From Nitrospirota bacterium (GTDB taxonomy: Bacteria; Nitrospirota; UBA9217), in NCBI GenBank assembly GCA_963751455.1, contig CAVVUN010000012.1, positions 642,458 to 706,457 of the forward strand: a stretch of 64,000 bases of DNA. Reading direction: 5' to 3'. Below, in pieces: positions 61,968-64,000 of the stretch. The position numbers and the translations under genes were made by a program. Each line of letters opens with the position of its first letter. Positions within the stretch are counted from its first letter, which is position 1. Under the pieces are notes generated by a model. That model was not told where the DNA came from. It was given only the letters and a program-made list of their open reading frames with translations, and searched no databases.

Positions 61968-62147
61968 CAGCACCCTCTGATTTCGCGTCAATAAATCCTC
62001 TCGCGTTTATTTAATTTTACGTATGTCATTAAGGCACTTATTGCGGATCGCTGTATCCGTGGCGCCTTGAAGCAGCTGAGTTAAGGAAGTTATTTTGAGC
62101 ATATGCGCCAGGCAGGTACAGGGCTGTTCGGGGATTCGGAGATATCT

Positions 62148-63380
62148 ATGGCAACGGCAATATTCAAGACAATAGGTTTCGCTGTAATTATTTTCGTAGC
62201 CGGGGGCTCGGCTGTATGGGCACAGGATATCGTGCTGGGGACCTCTGCGGCATTTAAAGGGCCGTCAAAGGGACTGGGCATAGAGCTGTACCGCGGAGCG
62301 AAGGCATACATCGATCATATAAACGCCGGAGGCGGCATACACGGCAACACGATCGTTCTCAAGGGTTACGATGACGGGTATAATCCGACACCGGCCATAG
62401 AAAATACAATCAGAATGATCGAGAAGGACGACGTCTTTCTCCTCATGAATTACGTAGGCACGCCAACCGTTACCCGCGTTCTGCCTCTCCTTAAAAAATA
62501 TCAGGACAATAACATCTATCTCTTCTTTCCATTTACCGGCGCGCAGCCGCAAAGGGAATTTCCGTACGATGCCTTTGTATTCAATCTCCGGGCGTCCTAC
62601 CGGCAGGAGACTGAGGGGTTGGTTAAAAAGTTTCTCGCCGTCGGTAGAAACCGGATCGCGGTGTTCTACCAGGCGGATTCATACGGAAGGAGCGGTTGGG
62701 ATGGAGTAAGGAGGGCACTGGCAAGAGCCGACCTTAAGATCGCGGCTGAGGCTACGTACCGCAGAGGGGCCGTATTCCAGGAAAGCATGGTGCGGCAGGT
62801 CAACATCATCAGGCAGTCACAAGCCGACGCTATCGTCGCCGTCGGTTCCTATGCGGCTTGCGCCGCCTTCATAAGGGACGCCCGGGACAGCGGTATGACC
62901 GTGCCTATTGCCAATCTTTCTTTCGTCGGTAGTGAAAACCTTCTCGGTCAATTGCTCGAGGCGGGCAAACTGAACGGCAAAAACTATACCGGGAACCTCA
63001 TAAATTCACAGGTTGTGCCGAGCTACGAAGATATGTCCCTGCCGGCGGTCAGGGAATACAGGGAACTGATGAACAGATACAGCCCGTCCCCGCCCTCGGG
63101 CCTTGCCGAACCTGGATACCAGCCGTTTCCGTACAGCTTTGTCAGTTTTGAAGGTTTCCTGAACGCAAAGCTCCTCGTTAAAATCCTTAACAATATGAAA
63201 ACCCTCGATAAAAAACAGATACGGTCCACCGTCGAAGAAATCAGGTACCTGGACATCGGGACAGGCGCCAGGGTCTCCTTCGGGAAGAACAGGCATCAGG
63301 GTCTGGACACCGTGTATTTCACGACCGTCGCGGACGGGAGATTCGTCCCCATCGACAGTTGGGAGGCGTGGAGAAAATGA
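62148..63380 (+). CDS. Periplasmic ligand-binding protein (LIV/PBP1 family, probably sensory)
   Basis: Signal peptide; INAGGGIHG; YDDGYNP; VGTPT; NLRASY; SFEGFLNAK. Confidence 0.88.
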   Translation: MATAIFKTIGFAVIIFVAGGSAVWAQDIVLGTSAAFKGPSKGLGIELYRGAKAYIDHINAGGGIHGNTIVLKGYDDGYNPTPAIENTIRMIEKDDVFLLMNYVGTPTVTRVLPLLKKYQDNNIYLFFPFTGAQPQREFPYDAFVFNLRASYRQETEGLVKKFLAVGRNRIAVFYQADSYGRSGWDGVRRALARADLKIAAEATYRRGAVFQESMVRQVNIIRQSQADAIVAVGSYAACAAFIRDARDSGMTVPIANLSFVGSENLLGQLLEAGKLNGKNYTGNLINSQVVPSYEDMSLPAVREYRELMNRYSPSPPSGLAEPGYQPFPYSFVSFEGFLNAKLLVKILNNMKTLDKKQIRSTVEEIRYLDIGTGARVSFGKNRHQGLDTVYFTTVADGRFVPIDSWEAWRK

Positions 63381-64000
63381 AAATGTCCGCCCTGTTCAAA
63401 AAAACACTCATGATCATGGTGGCGCTTTTCGGCATCATTGCCGCATCCACATCGCTCTACTCTGGGTGGAACCTGCGCCATGCGCTCTCCGAAGAATACC
63501 GGAGCAAAGGCATGGCGATTGCGAAGAGCATAGCGGACTCAAGCGTGGAGGTGCTTATGAACAGAGACGCATCGAGCGCGCAGTCCATGATTGACCAGTT
63601 TCTTGAAATTCAGGGGGTCAAATACATATTCATTATTGACGGAAGCGGCGATATCATATCCCATACGTTTGTGCCGACGATACCGCCAGAACTGGCCAAC
63701 TTCAGGAATGAGGGAAACGCCCTTTCCATAAAGGACTTCGAAATAGAGGCCGTCGGCCCAATCATGGACGTGTCCTCCCCGATCCTTGCAGGCGTAGCAG
63801 GGACCGTGCACGTCGGGATGGACAAGGGTCTTATCAAGTCCGCCATCATCTCGGCTATCGTACGGCAACTCACGATCATGGCCGCTATTTTCGTATTCAG
63901 CATTGTGGTTGCGTATCTGTTCGTGAGGAGAATATCTCAGCCCCTGAACGAGTTGAGCAGGTATGCAGACCGGCTTGCCGCGAAGGATTTCTCTGCGCGT
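63377..64000 (+). CDS. Membrane sensor N-terminus (TM-periplasmic-TM-HAMP), truncated by the window edge
   Basis: ATGA overlap with the upstream gene; MKMSALFKKTLMIMVALFGII...; SHTFVP; GTVHVGMD; RRISQPLNELSRYA HAMP start; open to the end of the window. Confidence 0.8.
   Translation, partial: MKMSALFKKTLMIMVALFGIIAASTSLYSGWNLRHALSEEYRSKGMAIAKSIADSSVEVLMNRDASSAQSMIDQFLEIQGVKYIFIIDGSGDIISHTFVPTIPPELANFRNEGNALSIKDFEIEAVGPIMDVSSPILAGVAGTVHVGMDKGLIKSAIISAIVRQLTIMAAIFVFSIVVAYLFVRRISQPLNELSRYADRLAAKDFSAR

Overview
Bacterial chromosomal window, most consistent with an anaerobic or microaerophilic Nitrospirota/Desulfobacterota-type organism. This is inferred from the split atp operon with b'/b, many CxxCH cytochromes, AcsE-like, DsrC-like and FTR-like genes, and PerR-FprA. 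Housekeeping content: atpF'FHAGDC, uvrA, nadB, pfkA, ADP-forming acyl-CoA ligase alpha/beta, and a NorQ/NorD-type chaperone pair. An AT-richer defence island (~12.7-24.2 kb) carries Wadjet jetABCD, three toxin-antitoxin pairs and several decayed genes. A second decayed defence remnant (radC, hsdR tail, MITE-disrupted DUF3800 gene) lies at ~32.7-34.1 kb. The strongest candidate for an undescribed system is at 56.2-62.0 kb. There a cytoplasmic group-2-like [NiFe] hydrogenase and its maturation protease are coupled to a sensor-less histidine kinase and a receiver-class III adenylyl cyclase, suggesting an H2-to-cAMP signalling circuit; a perfect CRP-type box lies 3.5 kb upstream. Other notable observations: a surface cytochrome whose FN3 domain is split by a membrane hairpin with an internal lipobox, a multiheme/short-HAMP operon, and many 7-nt- and 9-nt-periodic palindromic intergenic elements. 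Several single-base frameshifts (atpH, nadB, jetD) are probably assembly errors. No rRNA, tRNA or CRISPR array was seen. All family calls come from motif recognition, not database searches.
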